Source: Hormiphora californensis
Taxonomy: Eukaryota; Animalia; Ctenophora
Assembly (NCBI GenBank): GCA_020137815.1
Contig: CM035351.1
Coordinates: 8,184,001-8,248,000 of the forward strand
Direction: 5' to 3'
DNA length: 64,000 nt
Below the pieces are notes generated by a model that did no database searches, had not been told where the DNA came from, and saw nothing but the letters and a program-made list of their open reading frames with translations. This document shows, piece by piece, positions 51,361 through 64,000 of the stretch. Position 1 is the stretch's first letter. Each line of letters begins with the position of its first letter. Position numbers and translations under genes: made by a program.

Positions 51361-54300
51361 AAGAGAGAGAAAGAGAGAGAGGGAGGAATTGAGAGAGGCC
51401 TGTGTTCAGCCTGTACAATACCCCGTGTGTCTGTATGTCTGTGTAATAGGGGGAGGGTATTTGAACACAATCAAATCACGATTAAGCCATGGCGGACATG
51501 CCTCTTCAGAGCGGGTTTGAGTGGAGGAGGATAGAACGAGATTTATACGATCTCCCTCTCGTTGCTCCCCCTGACAGCTTGTTATATATGTTCTGGTGTA
51601 ATTACCCAAACAATACAAGGAGCCCACTAACATAGTGCCCCCCCCTGGTGCTGTAACACCGGTCATGGTAGCGTGTAGACGGACAAGAAAGACTTATAAA
51701 AATGCTACAAAAAAGAGAGAAGTAATATATGTGAGCGGTCACTATAAAGTAGGTGGGGAGTACGTGTACAACAGCTTGTCTCTATAGATTGAGATGAAAA
51801 AGCTTTCAAGAGGGCAAGGAACAAAGTGAGACAAGGCAATGAAAAATTCAGGTGATGATTTTTGAATTTAACTTCCCCCTCAAGGGCTTAGGGCAAGTTG
51901 ATTTGTATTTGTATAAGAGTATTAGCAAGTGATAGACTTCCCTGTTCATGATATTATATGGTGTATGCTAAATTTACTCCTGCCATGAAGTAGTGATCGG
52001 ATGTGATCGGAGGTGAAGTCGGTATGATACCGCTATATCTTGATACATGTTGTGTAGTTGATCAAATCAAATTCATTACTACTAACGTTGCACTATCACT
52101 TATCGGTATTTACCCCTCTACCAATTCCTACCTCTACAAAGATGAGATCTGTCTATCTCTCTCTCTAATCACTAGACCAAACTGAGTAGTACACTAATCA
52201 GAGACATGGCCACGCGACGAGCGACCAAACGCTAATTACCGGAAATTGCTTGGTGAACGTTTCTAGCTAGGCAGGTGCTTCTGGAAGCTTTCGGAAATTC
52301 TTATTACTTGGTCAAATCTCATGATCTCACTTGATGAGGTATATTTATTTAGTGAGAGAGGCATGTATGAACAAGTCGTTATTTTTGAGAAAGCCTCTAG
52401 ATGTCCTCTCCAACCTGGCTAAATTCCAGCCGCTCAATCCCAAATTTTACTAGAACAAAGAGACGATGTGGAAAAATTTGACGGCCTAAACACATTGTAT
52501 GGTGTTAGTTACTGAGAGAGTCCCGTCTCTTTGGAAACAACGTGAGAGAGAGCCCGCACCTGGTCTCACATAACAATGCACCGCCCGGGGTGTTGTTGTC
52601 ATAAAGTCAGTGGTGAAACAAGCGTGAGGAAGGGCGGAATTGTGAGGAGATGAGAGAGAGAGAGGGATGAGAGAGAGCACAATAAGGACTGATAAGTGAT
52701 AAAGCGTTGTTACAACATCATCAAGCTGCTTCCGACACACGCACACTTGTACTCATTTATATTGTCTCCCTCTCATCTTGGCATCCTTTCCTCATCTCTA
52801 TCAGATGCTTTCTAGATAATGAAGTTATCCTTATTTGTCGACCAGCTGATTTATAAACGAGATCACGATCTGTCCAACATTCACAAGACATAATTACAAT
52901 AATTGGACCAGAGAACAGCTCTATAAAACACACATGGTAGAACAGAAGAGAACAATCAACTGGGAATAACTTTACAGAAGTGGCGAGACGAAGCAAAACC
53001 AGATCGGAAACAAGCAATAAAGGTGTCTAATATCTCTCAAAGGGGCATCAAATTCATTCAAGAAACAATATAATATCTGGAATTAATTATCTGCTGTCTC
53101 GACAGCACTATGATAATGAAAAGAACTATAAGGGCAGCACCTATAATATATAATATTTGGTGATGATCCTGTATACCACACCGTTCTAGTACAAGAGGGG
53201 GGGTCGGGAGGGGGAGACATGTTTTGTTGGAAAGGATGTAAACTGGATTCAATCACAGAGATTGCCCCCTGTTTAAAGTGAACTCTGGGGGAGTGGGAGA
53301 GGGAGGGGTATAGACAGCATAATATCAAGATAGTGGAACACAGATAAATTTACAGTGAGCCATGGGAGAGAAAGTTGGATTTGGGTACATATAAAGCAAC
53401 GGAGAGAAAAGGTTTGAGTTACTAAAACAAAGTTAGTATTCGGTGGAATTTAGATCAAAGTATTGATACCGCAACTGAACCGCCAATGGCAGATGATCCT
53501 GGCTTATATAGTTAATAGTTGGCCAATATAGCGGAAGAAGATTCCATTGTTGTTTTTTCCAGTCCATTCTAGTTGCTACTCATCAACCCAGTTAGTATAG
53601 ATATAAGCAAGGTAAATGAGAGATAGAAAGGGGATAGAGAGAGGGAGAGTGAGAGAGATTGATTGAGAGAGGTATGAAATTGAAACGTGAATGGTTGCTC
53701 GATATATATCGACTGCAGTATGGGAAGAAAATATTGTATCCCATTATTTTCCCCATCCCCATGCTACTCAACAACCCGGTTCTAAGAATAGTAAAAGAAG
53801 CTCGTACGTGATCTATACTTCACTCTACTCAAGCCTAGATTGGAAGTGCTTGGAAGATAGCCTAGCTGGAAACGTACTGTTTGTATCATGTTATTGACAA
53901 CCACACTGCACACACTGTCGGACTCTCTACCACGATACCAACGACGATTAAAAGATTTAAAAAAAGGGTCACTTCCAATATATCTAGCATATGGTCTTCA
54001 CCGTCCACGGGCTCGACCATCCAGCTCGCCGCAATGACAGATGCCCCCCACAATAGGAGAACACAATATAGAAGAACATCGACTAGGCGCTCAGAACTTT
54101 ATACGACATAAAATACATATGCAGCTTCAATTGCACTAGAATGAGATTTCCAAGTGAAATATAGTCATATTAATACCGACATTATACTGCATAGTACTGC
54201 CTGCAGTGATAGAGCACCAATTAATTAGAAAGTAGTAAGCAAGGATGGATGAGTTAGAAAATGAGTCTATGAAATGAGAGATATCATGTGCTGTTTAGGA

Positions 54301-55892
54301 GGGTCTGCATCGTGGGAGCATTGCTCTAAAATATAAAATAAAATATGCATTATTTGGAGATATATAGTACGGGGTCTGCCGTCTGGTTGCAAAAAAAACG
54401 ACTTTCATAAGAGATTTATTCAGTGAAGCATCGATGTATCACTGCACTGGCAAGTGCCCCGGGGCCCATCCACCCCCCCCCCCCTTTCCAAGAAAGAAAG
54501 AAAAATGCGAGGGGCCGACAGGCCCCGAAGCTAGAGAGAGAGAATGAGTGTGTTTGAAGTAGGTACACTAGGGGAAAGAAGCCTCTAAAGTGCACACTCT
54601 CCCTTTCACTTCTACAGTGCAGTACCATACGAACGCGACGAGACCGGATTTCAGGATCAAATTACACAAGCATGCAGTTGAACTAGAGTTATGAAACTTG
54701 GTATCCAGCTTTCCTTTTACTATCACTGCTGGAATCCAAGTTTATAGACTGATTGAAGCTAAGATGCTGAAACGGTAGGGGTGTCAAATTCGGGTATAAA
54801 AGTGTCGTCTATATATAGATAGATAGATAGATATATATACCACCAAAATCCCGGGAGCTTAGCTCTTGAAAACGGTTAAAGCTACAAAGTTGAAATTTCG
54901 TGGAGTCATAGTCCTCGATAGGGTGCGTGTAATAGGATATTTTTCGTTTCATACAACCTTAATTAAGACCTAATTATGCCCTAATTAAGTATGCATTTCC
55001 CACCTATCTCCGGACTGGGTGGTCGGAGAGACTTCTTTTATAGCTTATCCGAACCGGAAACGTCGATTTATGGGGGGTCGTTCCCTGAACAAAAAGTCGT
55101 ATCTCGCACCCTTCTGGATTTATTCACATATTTATGATTTTATGCATATCTTGAATATCTTCTAACTGGTTGATGTTAGGGACATGAAACATGTCTAATT
55201 CGACGCAGAATTATCGATTTATGGGGGGTCGTTCCCCGAACAAAAAGTCGTATCTCGCACCCTTCTTAAGCTATGCACATATTTATGATTTAATACAATC
55301 ATTCGCTGAATGGCTGATACTAGAAACTTTGAATTGGTGTTTGACGTAAAAAGATCGAAGTATATGCAGCAGATTTACCAAAAAAAGAGAAACATCATAC
55401 CAAAAAGAAGAGAAACTAGTACCAAAAACCAATCAAATTGGTTTGGATGACCCGGGGGCCCAAAGGCGTCGGGATGCAAAATGTTGGTAGGATAAAACAT
55501 TACTTTTGTAGGAAAATCTAAAAATGCGTCAAGAAAAACACTATTGTAGCTGGTGAAGGTCGCATCCCGACGCCTTTGGGCCCCGGGTCATCCAAACCAA
55601 TTTGATTGGTTTTTGGTACTAGTGGAGTGATACTTTTTTTGGCACAAAATGAAAATTAACTAGGGAGATATGGATAGTACACGTGTAGTATCTAGATATA
55701 GAGAGAGGGCATGTTGTATCTGTGGAGGGTTAGTTCATTTGCACTTCTGTGTAGTAGTTACAGATGAAATGACGCTATACTAACAGACGTACCACAACAA
55801 CAAGCTGAGATGAGAGGCGGGCAAATTACTTTTTTATATGAACCCTCACACGTCTCATTAAACAAAACAAGATAGGTCTCTCTCTCTTCTCT

Positions 55893-55937
<45 letters not shown>

Positions 55938-58900
55938 TCCTTCTCTCTTGCCATCATTCTATCTATCTCTCTACGGTCTCCCCTGGCCTCTACTAACCCA
56001 AGGCTGTACTAATATCCCCCTCATTTCTTACCCCGCCCAACACGCACAATCATGGTAGGGCAACCATGAGAGCTCACTGTAGAGACACATAACCCTGACA
56101 GAATGATGCATTATTTTTTGGTAGCTAATTGTTGAGTAAGGGGTGAGACAGAGATACAGATTAAAACTGAAGAGACAGGAAAATGTTGGCCCAGGTGGGA
56201 CATGGCTGCTGTTACAGTTGCTGCACACACCATGGCTTGTTACGCAATGTAAATCCCATGCCTTGTGTAGAACAAGGTCAAGAGGAGTTGCCCCACACAC
56301 TCGACACAGTCACTAAAATATATGTATCTGTGATGAATGGGTCTTATGATGAGAGCGATCAGCGAGAAAAAGACAAAATGGTCAATTGGTCATAGAACTA
56401 TGCTCTACTACCCCCAATAGGCAATAATATTGACCAATTCTGAACCCTCATATATAGTGCGTGGTGTGATCTACACAAGTAGTTTCATGAGGAGCTGTGT
56501 GACCCACTTTATACTCCATGAGATGAACTGGTGTTACCATGGCACTATTTAGATGCGTCGCTAAGTCTCTTTCCTCAGGTCCCCTGCAAATTATTAGCCA
56601 AAACAAACAAATTTAACTCACACACACACTCTATTTCAGGGCAGCCCAAAAAGGGATCATTATGATGAACGAAGTTGGTCTAGATCCTGGTATTGACCAC
56701 CTTCTGGCAATGAACCTATTCGATGATATCAAGCGGAATAATGGCACTATTGAGAGTTTTGAATCGTTCTGTGGTGGTCTCCCAGCACCCCAGTACACCA
56801 ATAACCCTCTCCGGTATAAATTCACCTGGTTCCCCCGTGGAGTCCTTATGAACGCCCTTTCAGAGGCTAAATACCTCAAGGACAACAAGGTCAGTTATAT
56901 TCACAGGACCCAGATCATCCCCCAAACTACACCAAGTGAATCAGTGCAGTGGGATCATTTCATTGGTTCAGAGTGAATCCAAACCCCAGTAATGCACGAT
57001 GCCTAATTCAATAATTGTCTATCGGGACTTCTGTAAGCTAACATGTTTTTGTTTTACAGGTAGTTCATGTTAAATCGGGCGAGTTAACATCGAGTGCACA
57101 ACCATTTGAAGTACTTCCTGGATTTAACTTGGAGTGTTACCCCAACAGGGATAGTACTATCTACAAGTAGGTTTAATCATAATTAGCCCAATTATAGTTG
57201 TGTCAGATCGGCGAGGTTTCTGAGGATCTGGGACAGTATTTTGTCCTTTTTTCTTCATTTATTGTGATTTGTGAGGGATAATAACCCCCCCCCCTTTTAG
57301 AGAAGCGTATGGTATAGAATCAGCCCACACGGTCCTTCGAGGAACACTGCGCTACCGAGGGTACAGCTCCGCTATGGACTCCCTCATTCAGCTGGGCCTG
57401 TTCAGTTCTAAGCAGAGAGATCTCTCTGGATATACATGGGTAATAATCACTGCCGGGGTTCTGGGTATAGCATAATAGGGGGCAAACAATCAATCCCATA
57501 ATGAGTACTGAATATTTACTGCCGTTTCTTTATATTGAAAGAAGCCAAATTACCCTTCTTTCTAACATCTCATTTACATGCCCCCTAATTATTCCATTGT
57601 CCCACAAAATACTGCCCTCCCCGAGCAGCGCACGCAACGTTACAGTCAACTCTTCCAAAATTCTTCCTAACGGCTTCTGTTTCAGAACACACTGACCAAG
57701 GAGTTGCTAGGCAACAAGAGTCTAACTAATAGTGAACTGAGGAGGAAACTAACGTCCCTCTTCAAGGGGGATAAATACAAGGTTGCTACGATCAAAAAGT
57801 GAGTTATTATATTCAATCATTGTACCGTAAATTGGTAACTTTTCGGAGCTATTTGGATAAAATAATGCCATTTGCGATACATCATACATGGCCGGTGATC
57901 GGGCCTGGCCAATCACAGAGTGTCATCGGAAATGGCGTATTCATTCAAGAGAGAAACGACAACCAAAGAGAAAGAACGAGAACCACGGACTCGATAGAGT
58001 GTGAACTGAGAGCTAGACTTATAGCCAGCTGCTTCCTAATAATATTATCACATATTATTGGCACAGAAGCACATGTCCAAAAAGGAAAGACGTGTTATTA
58101 TTCGGAGCTATCAGCTAGAGAACTGAGAAGTTAGAGAGAGTGAGAGTGAAAGAGAATTGTGGATGTGAGATTTGACGATTAATTAGAAGTCCAGTATTTT
58201 CCGTGACACTATGGTCGGCCCTGGGCATCCCAAACTAACTTAAATTAGTTTTGGGTGAACCTCTATATACCAAGATCATTAATAATATCAGAAATTAACC
58301 ATCCTTTCCTGTCTAGGCTGGGTCTGTTGGATGAGTCCCCATTACCTGCCAATGTAGATAACACAATGGATGCCCTGGTTGATAAACTCGCCTCATCTCT
58401 CATGATGCGTGAGTGTACTGCAAAATGCCCAGTTTGTTTAGTAAAAATAATTGTCAGATGTTTCTCAGAGTTGTAGTTAAAGAAAATAATATTTTTGTAT
58501 TTATTATGTTCGTGGTTGATGTAACATTACGTTTCAGCGGAAGGGGAGACCGATGTAATCATAATGAACCACAGTGTTGGAGTGCGTCTACCAAGTGGGA
58601 AATGTGTAAGTTCCAATGGCTCTCTAGTTTTAAGCTGCTAATTCACTCCAAGCTGTAGATTGTAAGGAAGTTACTCGAAGAAAAACCAAATATGTCGGGC
58701 TAGATAGATTACCACCTTGTCCCGTTTACATGACGATCTTCAACTCTTTATTATAAACGACAAGCTGTCCTCCCTTCCCGTGGATCGCTTTAGTATTCCA
58801 AAGATCACTGATGTCATCCCCCTGTCTGACTCTGTTGGGCCGGGGTGGGGCGACATGTTAATTGTTAATACATCACCTCTTTTTTCGATTTTGTTAATTA

Positions 58901-59450
58901 ATGTTAATTAACAAAATTAACATGTTGCCCCCCCCCCCCCATCTGTTTTGATTCTCAGAATTACAGATCGGGTCATCCACGGTTCCCAAATCTTTATCGA
59001 AACCAACAATGTTAACTTAACATACATCCCAATGTTAGTCTAACATGTCCCAATTACTTTCAGAAAACTCACAGAAGTAATCTGGTTGTGTATGGTGAGG
59101 AGGATGGGTGGAGTGCAATGGCCAAGACTGTGGGCCTGCCCGTAGGAATCGCTGCTGAAATGATCATGAACGGTATAATAGGGAGGGAGGGAGATAGATA
59201 GAGATAGAGGGAGGGAGGGAGTGAAAGAGAGGGAGAGAAGGGGGAGTGAAAGAGAATATACTAATTGCTGGGTTCGATCTGGGCAGATTTACATAATATA
59301 TTCACGAGCATCCATTCAACAGGGGAAATTAAGGAGCGAGGATTAGTGCTCCCCTTCTCCAAGGACATCTACGAGCCGATGATCAAGAAACTTGCTCTTG
59401 AGGGAATTGAGGAACGTAGAGAGGTTGAATGTGATGAGTTCGACTTTTAA
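32693..59450 (+). CDS. AASS: Alpha-aminoadipic semialdehyde synthase (LKR/SDH), ~21 exons: 32693-33001, 33117-33276, 33377-33591, 34397-34475, 36850-36977, 37415-37603, 37922-38007, 38563-38674, 39112-39177, 39289-39356, 42968-43119, 43238-43364, 43524-43634, 56640-56889, 57060-57166, 57301-57439, 57686-57798, 58317-58408, 58538-58605, 59064-59172, 59323-59450
   Basis: [118 protein letters not shown]. Confidence 0.96.
34430..34942 (+). repeat. 59-bp tandem array, 9 copies (46 nt AASS exon end + donor GTAAGT + intron start); last copy completed at 36334-36347
   Basis: GAGTATATTGATCCACTGGATATGCAGGAGGCATCCATTAATGGAG|GTAAGTCAAGGGG, period 59. Confidence 0.95.
34943..36333. mobile_element. Non-autonomous foldback transposon, ~600 bp TIRs, TTAA target duplication, GGG...CCC ends (Kolobok-like)
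   Basis: TTAA|GGGTACGCTAACCAAAA ... TTTTGGTTAGCGTACCC|TTAA; arms nearly identical. Confidence 0.9.
36978..37155 (+). repeat. (GTCT)n microsatellite beginning at the splice donor GT
   Basis: GAGAAG|GTCTGTCTGTCT... Confidence 0.9.
37780..37851 (+). tRNA. tRNA-Pro(AGG), intronic in AASS
   Basis: GGCTTGGTGGTCTAGTGGTATGATTCTCGCTTAGGGTGCGAGAGGTCCCGGGTTCAATTCCCGGCCAAGCCC followed by TTTTT. Confidence 0.97.
39404..40168. mobile_element. Tc1/mariner-like MITE, ~185 bp TIRs, TA flanks
   Basis: TA|ACGGGTGACAACTAAAAATCTGGA ... TCCAGATTTTTAGTTGTCACCCGT|TA. Confidence 0.8.
40254..42599. mobile_element. 2.35-kb foldback element built from ~11-bp TGGCGCCA-containing units; 8-bp target duplication GAATATAT; GG...CC ends (Merlin-like)
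   Basis: GAATATAT|GGTAGTATGAAAGATTAGGTCGTGCGC ... GCGCACGACCTAATCTTTCATACTACC|GAATATAT. Confidence 0.9.
43878..45543 (-). CDS. Rhodopsin-like (class A) GPCR, copy 1, nested antisense in an AASS intron; exons ~45543-45472, 45270-45172, 45075-44934, 44767-44584, 44454-43878
   Basis: [45 protein letters not shown]. Confidence 0.9.
46480..48237 (-). pseudogene. tRNA-Pro(AGG) split by a transposon (halves 48237-48218 and 46533-46480)
   Basis: Both halves match the intact copies; junction at GGTA|TGATT with duplicated TA. Confidence 0.93.
46534..48217. mobile_element. Non-autonomous TA-targeting DNA transposon (pogo/Tc1-mariner-like), 25-bp TIR, GGGGCAATT subterminal repeats
   Basis: TA|GGGTAGACCGGGGTAATTTGGACGG ... 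CCGTCCAAATTACCCCGGTCTACCC|TA; no transposase ORF. Confidence 0.9.
48396..48467 (+). tRNA. tRNA-Pro(AGG)
   Basis: Identical to 37780-37851; poly-T terminator follows. Confidence 0.97.
48498..51192 (-). CDS. Rhodopsin-like GPCR, copy 2 (longer C-tail); exons ~51192-51115, 50899-50802, 50703-50543, 49653-49469, 49251-48498
   Basis: Near-identical exons to copy 1; ERF and DPVIY motifs; N-terminal NST sequon. Confidence 0.9.
49783..50420 (+). mobile_element. Helentron-associated (HINE/DINE-1-like) non-autonomous element in a GPCR2 intron
   Basis: Sub-terminal IR TTTCCCTGCCC/GGGCAGGGAAA, GTCY microsatellite 49901-49921, 3' hairpin GCATTATG..CATAATGC, T-rich flanks; absent from the GPCR1 intron. 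Confidence 0.65.
55415..55623. repeat. ~62-bp inverted repeat pair ending in ACTAGT; probably the end of a larger repeat element (~54500-55623)
   Basis: ACTAGTACCAAAAACCAATCAAATTGG...GGGATGC / GCATCCC...TTGGTACTAGT; direct duplication at 55060-55270. Confidence 0.65.
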
Positions 59451-59505
59451 AGAAGATCCAATGTATACAGAGGATAGGTAACAGATTCATCATCCACCGG
59501 CTGGT

Positions 59506-61082
59506 GGCGTTAGGACTGTAACTCACCTGGACAGTAACTCGAAAGTGAGTTATTGTCCGAAAATTGGCGTCGACTTTTTTTTTCTGGTGACTTTCTGTCC
59601 GCATTATTTTCGACTTTTTGCTAGGACAAAAAGTCGATAGCTAGGACAAAATCTCGAAATTTAAACTCACCTAGGTGAGTTATGCGGACAATAACTCGAA
59701 TTTTGTTTCGAGTTGGCGGACAGAAACTCACTTGCTAAAACTACGAAAATGTCGAAAATTCTGGTGACATTTTCATTTTCCATGGCAGGTGAGTTTCTGT
59801 CCGGCCAATGAAATAGGTTTCCAAACAGGAGTTTTGAGTTTTTTTTGTGCTAGCTATCATAATTACAAGAGAAACAAGTTGAGTGGTTGACATAAATACA
59901 CTGTAAAACCCATCTCCCATCCCTTTCTCTATCTCTTCATATCTCTCTTTCCCTCTCTCTATCTCTACCTCCCTTCCTCTCTCTTTTTCTCTCTCGCTCT
60001 CTCTTTCGCTCTCTCTTTCCCTCTTTCCCTCTTATCTCTCCGTGCTGCTCTTCAGAAACAGATGATGGAGTCATATTATAGGATCGGACTGGACTCAGTA
60101 GAGAGAAGTCTTGAGTCGTAATTGCATAGTGGGTATGGTGTCGATAAGGAGGAAGGATCCACAATCAGTAGGTCTCGCTGTGATAGATTGTCGAGGATAG
60201 GTGGGTAGCTATAGGCAGGTCGGGAACAGATTGGAGAGGAGAAAAAAACCACTGCGAGTGATGAACAGCTCTCTTTGTCTCTCCATCTCTCTTCCTCTCT
60301 CTTTGTCTCTCCATCTCTCTTCCTCTTTGAACGGTGTGATAGATTGTCGAGTGAAGGATAGGTGAGTCACTGAGTAGAAGAGCAGCTGCAGCATGCAGCT
60401 AGGCTGGTTGGGAACAGATTGGAGAGGAGATATAGACCACTGCAGGTGATGAACGATGACTCATTGGATGACTCATTGGATGAGAGATCCGAGATGGGAA
60501 TTAAGCCCGGGAGCTAGAGAGACAAAGAGAAGCAGAGCTCAACCAATGTATGAGTGAACAACGAGAACTGAACTAGCCCGCCCTTTCTCCCCTCTCTCTC
60601 TCTCTGTCAGGCTCTCTCTACAACTTTGCATCCCTCTCTCTGCCAACGACGCCGCCATGTCTTCCCGCCTTTTTCTCTCTATGCATGAAGTGAGTTCTAG
60701 TCCGGACAGAAAATCGAAATTCGCTATTTTAGCGGACAAAAACTCACATATTTTCCCGCCCTTTCCCTGTCACTCTTGTTCCCCCTGTCTACCGAAAGTG
60801 AGTTGTAGTCCGAATTTGTGAGTTTAGAGGGCGGACAAAAAGTCGAATTTCGACATTTCTAGCGGACAGAAACTCACCTTGGCCCCCACAACTCGAATAG
60901 GTGAGTTAGTGTCCGCCCGGACTCTAACTCACCGTAAATAGTGCTAAACAGTGGGGTGGACAGAAACTCACCTGATCCGGACTATAACTCACCTAAATTC
61001 GACATTTTCAAAAGTGAGTTATAGTCCGAAATTTTCGAGTTCGAGTTCGAGTTATCGTCCGTTCGAGTTTCTGTCCGGTACC
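59506..61082. mobile_element. Non-autonomous DNA transposon with 9-bp target duplication CCGGCTGGT and many GGACAGAAACTC subterminal repeats, just 3' of the AASS stop
   Basis: CCGGCTGGT|GGCGTTAGGACTGTAACTC ... GAGTTTCTGTCCGGTACC|CCGGCTGGT. Confidence 0.75.
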
Positions 61083-61740
61083 CCGGCTGGTTACTTGCAT
61101 GATATAATATGATTTTTTGATAAAGCACCTATTTGTTATTTGTTAACTTATATAAACGCTAAATAAACAATGGTTAAAGTATATCCAATCTGGGTTTTTA
61201 AAAGGATTTTTAATAGGTATACATAATTACAATTTACATTATATGCAGTGGACAATATACATTGAGCGATTGAAGCAGCGTTATTGGTATCGTAATTATT
61301 TATTGCAGGGGTTAAATACTCTTTCGGCCGCAAACTACGCCTTTTTACTTTTCTCCCTGGCTCGAGTGACTTCATAACTACTGACTTCATAACTACGGAT
61401 TGAATTCCGCTCCATCCCCATTCAATGAATGATTCATTGAAGTAGTCCGACCTGAACTACAATATTACATAACTACAGCTGTCAAGTCCACTATAGTTAC
61501 CCATAGTACGAATATATTCATTTTCACTTTTCAGTGCAATTTATTTAAGTAAAGCATTGAAATTCCTTCCTTTTCAAAGAAACGGTTACATATAGACTGG
61601 CCTTGCTCAAGAAATTCCAACCCCTAGCTCAACAAAGTAGCACGGGATTGGTGGGTACTTAAATCATATCTCTCATAATGCCACCTTCTTCGGGGAGCTC
61701 TTTCTCCTGGACCTATCCTGTAGTGTTCACAATAAATACA

Positions 61741-61755
61741 GTTGCTAAGGGCAAC
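61741..61755. promoter_or_regulatory. RFX X-box-like motif upstream of the last gene
   Basis: GTTGCTAAGGGCAAC fits GTNRCY(N0-3)RGYAAC. Confidence 0.4.
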
Positions 61756-61830
61756 GGAAACCCAATCTCTCCACGCGTCATGTGCCCCATCTCCTCACAC
61801 CCATTGGGGCAGCCGCTGTGAGATTTCTCT

Positions 61831-61918
<88 letters not shown>

Positions 61919-62454
61919 TCTCTTTCTCTCTCCATAAGCAAGTAATCTCTCTCTCCTTTTCCCTCTATCTCGCTATTAAACTCATCCACCACAGTTTTAC
62001 ACTGATCTAGTAGTGGTGTTTACTTCAGTGATTGTTTTTATGAAGGAGCAGTTTTTGACGTATTATTATGAAGGAGCTTGACCCAAACACACAGCTGAAG
62101 AATGCGATCGAGGAAGATAAGCTAGCAGACGGAGCTCTTCAAGCTCTCCCGATCCGGTAATTTGCACCTCTGCGCCGGGGCACCTGTGTGCATGTCACAT
62201 CCACTAGGGTGATAGAGAGAGAGAGAAAGATAAAGAGAGCATGGATTCAATAAGTGTGTCGAGAACCCGATTATATATAAGGCTGTAACTCAGTTTACAT
62301 AAGTTATCACATTAGAATCTCCTTTCGGAATATTTTATCTCCCTGGGTGCAGTTCTAGAATTTGTTATGGGGTAGTTCCTTTTTCGTTTAGCGTAACAGA
62401 CAACAGTTAACTATCATAATCCGGGCCGTTTAAAATCTCTATAAACCATTCCAG

Positions 62455-63925
<1,471 letters not shown>

Positions 63926-64000
63926 GTAACGACTCATGAACACTGGCTGGGTAGTGGGTAGCAACCTTCCCCGCTCCTACCACTTGCACCGCGGTCATCT

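Overview
Gene-dense eukaryotic (animal) genomic DNA with short GT-AG introns, long (AG)n microsatellites, many non-autonomous DNA transposons and genes nested inside introns. This organisation suggests a non-bilaterian such as a ctenophore, which is inference only. Genes from left to right: IMP3 (5'-truncated), intronless FAN1, a 14-exon BCCT-family betaine/choline transporter (minus strand) hosting an intronless GT4 glycosyltransferase and an ORF1-only LINE-like insert, a nuclear lamin, an unidentified gene, intronless NDUFV1 (with probable sequencing frameshifts), a 21-exon AASS spanning 27 kb, and an uncharacterised gene running off the right end. AASS introns hold two antisense rhodopsin-like GPCR paralogues, three tRNA-Pro(AGG) copies (one split by a transposon) and several foldback elements. 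The most unusual pattern is that in three unrelated genes the exon 3' end plus its splice donor has been tandemly amplified 5-12 times, and two of these arrays carry a mobile-element insertion. Several homopolymer-rich stretches look like low-quality sequence. Exon boundaries were read by eye and may be off by a few bases.
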